Below, one piece after another: positions 60,920 to 64,000 of a DNA stretch of 64,000 nt. Origin of the DNA: an uncultured Gemmatimonadales bacterium (GTDB lineage Bacteria > Gemmatimonadota > Gemmatimonadetes > Gemmatimonadales > GWC2-71-9). The notes beneath the pieces are model-generated. The model was given only the letters and a program-made list of their open reading frames with translations, ran no database searches and was not told where the DNA came from. Each line of letters starts with the position of its first letter. The stretch's first letter is position 1. The stretch is from NCBI GenBank assembly GCA_963798915.1, contig CAWCVB010000006.1:96001-160000 (forward strand), given 5' to 3'. The translations under genes were made by a program, and so were the position numbers.

Positions 60920-62593
60920 TCAGGAGAGACCCTCGATGGTGCCGTCCGCGGAGAGGTGCATCCCCTCCGCGGCAGGCGTTCTGGGCAGGCCCGGCATTGT
61001 CATGATGTCGCCGGCGAGGGCGACGACGAAGCCGGCCCCGGCGGAAGCGTAGACATCCCGAATGGTAATCTGGAAGCCGCTCGGGCGGCCAAGCCGGGAC
61101 GGATCATCGCTGAACGAATACTGGGTCTTGGCGATGCATACCGGCGTGGCACCGAGACCCATGGACTCGCACTGGGCAATCGAGCGCTCGGCCGCCGGCT
61201 GGAAAGTGACGCCGTCCGCGCCGTAGATTTCGCGAGCAATGGTCTCGATCTTGGCCTTGATCGGCGCCTCCGTGTCATAGATCGGATGAAAGCGGCCCTG
61301 GCCCTCGTCCAGCAGGGCAAGGACTTCCCTGGCGACGGCTTCCCCGCCCTCGCCGCCCTTTTCCCACACCTCACTCAGGGCGGCGCGCACGCCCCAGCTG
61401 TGGGCCGCATCCAGCACTGCCTGCACCTCCTCAGCTGAGTCGGTGACAAAACGGTTGAGTGCGACGACCAGTGGTACGCCGAACTTGCGGACGTTGGCGA
61501 CGTGCGCTTCCAGGTTCACCAGCCCACGTCGCAGCGCGGCCACGTCCGGCGTCCCGAGCGCGTCCTTCCGCACCCCGCCGTTCATCTTCAGCGACCGGAC
61601 GGTGGCCACGACTACCGCAGCCTCCGGATTCAGGTTGCCAAAGCGGCACTTGATGTCGAAGAACTTCTCGGCACCCAGGTCGGCCCCGAATCCTGCCTCG
61701 GTCAGGACGATGTCAGCCAGGGAGAGCCCCAGGCGCGTCGCCATGATGCTGTTGCAGCCGTGCGCGATATTGCCAAACGGCCCGCCATGGACCAGCGCGG
61801 GACCGCCTTCCAGCGTCTGCACCAGGTTGGGCAGGAGCGCATCCTTGAGCAGCAGCGTCATGGCGCCCGCGGCCTTGAGGTCGCCGGCGGTCACCGGCGT
61901 CTTGTCGCGCCGCAGGCCCACGATGATGCGGGCCAGGCGCGCCTCGAGATCCTCGAGATCGGTGGCCAGGCAGAGAATGGCCATGATCTCACTGCCGGGA
62001 ACAATGACGAAACGGTCCTCCCGTGCGGGCCCCCCGTTGAGCCCGCCCAGTCCGACGACGATGGATCGGAGCGCACGGTCGTTCATGTCCATGGTCCGGG
62101 GCCAGCTGATGCGGCGCTGATCCAGGCCCAGGGCATTGCCCTGATAGAGATGATTGTCAAGCAGGGCGGAGAGGAGATTGTGAGCCGAGGTGATCGCGTG
62201 GAAATCGCCGGTGAAATGCAGATTAATCTCGTCCATCGGGACCACCTGGGCGTAGCCGCCGCCGGCGGCCCCTCCCTTGACGCCGAAGACCGGGCCCAGC
62301 GATGGCTCGCGGATACAGACCATGACCTTCTGCTTCAGTCGCCGCATCGCCTGCGCCAGGCCGACCGTCACCGTGCTCTTGCCTTCGCCAGCCGGCGTCG
62401 GGTTGATGCCCGTGACCAGCACGAGCCGGCCTCGGGGCTTGCGTGCCCGCAGCGCCTCCATGGTAACCTTGGCCTTGTAGCGCCCGTAGGGAAGAAACTC
62501 GTCGGGGCCCAGCCCGGCCTCCGCTGCCACATCGGCAATGGGGCGGAGCCGGGCTGCCTGCGCGATTTCGATGTCCGACGGAACTTTGCTCAC
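60920..62593 (-). CDS. fhs: Formate--tetrahydrofolate ligase
   Basis: [58 protein letters not shown] 62593 with GGAGG SD. Confidence 0.97.
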   Translation of the reverse strand: MSKVPSDIEIAQAARLRPIADVAAEAGLGPDEFLPYGRYKAKVTMEALRARKPRGRLVLVTGINPTPAGEGKSTVTVGLAQAMRRLKQKVMVCIREPSLGPVFGVKGGAAGGGYAQVVPMDEINLHFTGDFHAITSAHNLLSALLDNHLYQGNALGLDQRRISWPRTMDMNDRALRSIVVGLGGLNGGPAREDRFVIVPGSEIMAILCLATDLEDLEARLARIIVGLRRDKTPVTAGDLKAAGAMTLLLKDALLPNLVQTLEGGPALVHGGPFGNIAHGCNSIMATRLGLSLADIVLTEAGFGADLGAEKFFDIKCRFGNLNPEAAVVVATVRSLKMNGGVRKDALGTPDVAALRRGLVNLEAHVANVRKFGVPLVVALNRFVTDSAEEVQAVLDAAHSWGVRAALSEVWEKGGEGGEAVAREVLALLDEGQGRFHPIYDTEAPIKAKIETIAREIYGADGVTFQPAAERSIAQCESMGLGATPVCIAKTQYSFSDDPSRLGRPSGFQITIRDVYASAGAGFVVALAGDIMTMPGLPRTPAAEGMHLSADGTIEGLS

Positions 62594-62609
62594 GATCCCT
62601 CCCAAGGCG

Positions 62610-63377
62610 TCAACCTGCAATCCGCTCTCCAAATATCCGGCGCGCATTGTCGCCGGTCAGACGCTCCACCGCAGTCGCTTCCCATCCCAGCACCTGGGCC
62701 AGGCGGTCGGCCACCAGACCCACATATGCCGGCTCATTGCGCCGGCCGCGATGGGGCACCGGCGCCAGGTATGGGCCGTCCGTCTCGAGGAGCAGTGATG
62801 CTTCCGGTACCCGGCGAATGGCATCGTCGGCCTTCCAGCTTCGGAAGGTGATCATGCCGCTGAACGAGATGGCGTGTCCCAGTTCGATGGCTGCGTCGAG
62901 CAGGCCATCCCCGCTGCTGAACGAGTGAAGAATGCAGCGCACGCGCGGATGCTCGCGCAGGATGGCGATGACATCGTCGTCGGCCTCGCGGGCGTGCACG
63001 ATCGCGGGCTTGCCCGCCTCCAGGGCCAGCGCAAGCTGGGCACCGAAGGCGCGTTGCTGGACAGCGCGCGGCGAGTGGTCGTAGTGATAATCCAGCCCCA
63101 TCTCACCAGCAGCCACCACCTCGGGCCTGCCCAGTCGTTCACGGAGCCAGTCCGCCGTCGTGTCTGACCATTCGGATGCCACGTGCGGGTGCACGCCCGC
63201 CGTCGCCGACCAGTGGGGCTGGCCCTGGACCAGATCAATCACCCGCTCGGACGTCTCGCGCGAGTCGCCGATGACCACCACGTGGGCGACGCCCGCCTCC
63301 CGTGCGCGCACTGCCACCTCAGCGCGATCGGGGTCGTATGCCGAATCGCCGAGATGGCAGTGCGTGTCCACGAGCAT
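62610..63377 (-). CDS. tatD: TatD-family hydrolase
   Basis: [37 protein letters not shown]. Confidence 0.94.
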   Translation of the reverse strand: MLVDTHCHLGDSAYDPDRAEVAVRAREAGVAHVVVIGDSRETSERVIDLVQGQPHWSATAGVHPHVASEWSDTTADWLRERLGRPEVVAAGEMGLDYHYDHSPRAVQQRAFGAQLALALEAGKPAIVHAREADDDVIAILREHPRVRCILHSFSSGDGLLDAAIELGHAISFSGMITFRSWKADDAIRRVPEASLLLETDGPYLAPVPHRGRRNEPAYVGLVADRLAQVLGWEATAVERLTGDNARRIFGERIAG

Positions 63378-63379
63378 GC

Positions 63380-64000
63380 TCAGGACGCCGTCTGGGTTCG
63401 CCTCCTGGGGGCACCGGGCTGTTCCTTCTTGCGCGTGCCGCGCACATTCGGCGCGGGCCACTTTTCCTCGATGGCCATCAGGATCGGGCTCGCCACATAG
63501 ATGGACGAGAACGTGCCGGTCGCCACGCCGAACAGCATCACCAGTGCGAATGGCCGGATGACTTCGCCGCCAAAGAAGGTGAGCGCCAGCAGCGAGGCGA
63601 TCGTGGTGCCGTGGGTCAGCACGCTGCGGGGCAGCGTCTCGTTGATGGACCGATTGAGGATATCCTTGAAGCTGGCGTCCTTGGACTTGTGCAGATTCTC
63701 GCGGGCGCGGTCAAAGATGATGATGGTGTCGTTCAGTGAATACCCCACCATGCTGAGCACGGCCGCCACCACCGTGAGGCTCACTTCCAGGTGCAGGAAC
63801 GAAATGAACGCGATGGTCGCGAGGATGTCATGGGCCGTCGCCAGCACCGCCGCCACGCCGAAGCGCCACTCGAAACGGAGCGCCAGATAGGCGAGCACGG
63901 CAAAGAACGAGAGGAAGATGGCGAGGAAGGCGCGCGAACGAAGCTCGCCGCCGACCTTGGGCCCGACGCCGTGGGTCCGCACCACCTCGTACGTGCCGTG
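63380..64000 (-). CDS. secF: Protein translocase subunit SecF (5' end outside window)
   Basis: VGPKVGGEL, RFEWRFG, HD, GYSLNDTIIIFDRARE, SINETLPRS, GTFSSIYVASP. Confidence 0.93.
   Translation of the reverse strand, partial: HGTYEVVRTHGVGPKVGGELRSRAFLAIFLSFFAVLAYLALRFEWRFGVAAVLATAHDILATIAFISFLHLEVSLTVVAAVLSMVGYSLNDTIIIFDRARENLHKSKDASFKDILNRSINETLPRSVLTHGTTIASLLALTFFGGEVIRPFALVMLFGVATGTFSSIYVASPILMAIEEKWPAPNVRGTRKKEQPGAPRRRTQTAS

Noticed and set aside
60920..62593. fhs as evidence of Wood-Ljungdahl acetogenesis
   Set aside because: Fhs is widespread in one-carbon metabolism and no acs/cooS/metF cluster is present in the window.

Overview
GC-rich bacterial chromosomal window, probably Gemmatimonadota (inferred from gene content and order; classifying the 16S gene would confirm it). 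It is mostly core genome on the minus strand: phhA, larC, thrC, uvrC, murJ, bshC, rlmH, gdh, an lpxK-like gene, fabZ, skp, bamA, clpC-mcsB-mcsA, lolD/lolC, lysS, prfB (+1 programmed frameshift), era, rdgB, rph, lptE, murI, ridA, fhs, tatD and a partial secF. It also holds one complete rRNA operon (16S-23S-5S, tandem sigma70 promoters, no spacer tRNA) and tRNA-Arg(UCU), tRNA-Pro(UGG) and tRNA-Sec. I found no CRISPR array, integrase, transposase or prophage. Most notable: (1) a Ca2+/H+ antiporter fused to a ClpC-type double Clp-N domain through an Arg-rich linker, about 7 kb from the arginine kinase mcsB; (2) a bamA-skp-fabZ cluster lacking lpxD/lpxC/lpxA/lpxB, whose LpxK homologue has lost its catalytic motifs; (3) a SAM methyltransferase coupled to bshC (candidate N-methyl-bacillithiol synthesis); (4) a nucleotidyltransferase, sugar kinase and secreted glycosidase module; (5) a peptidase/propeller/Omp85 envelope operon; (6) recurrent probable CTG and leaderless starts; (7) an ORF running through the tRNA-Sec gene. 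All calls come from reading motifs by eye; no database searches were run.
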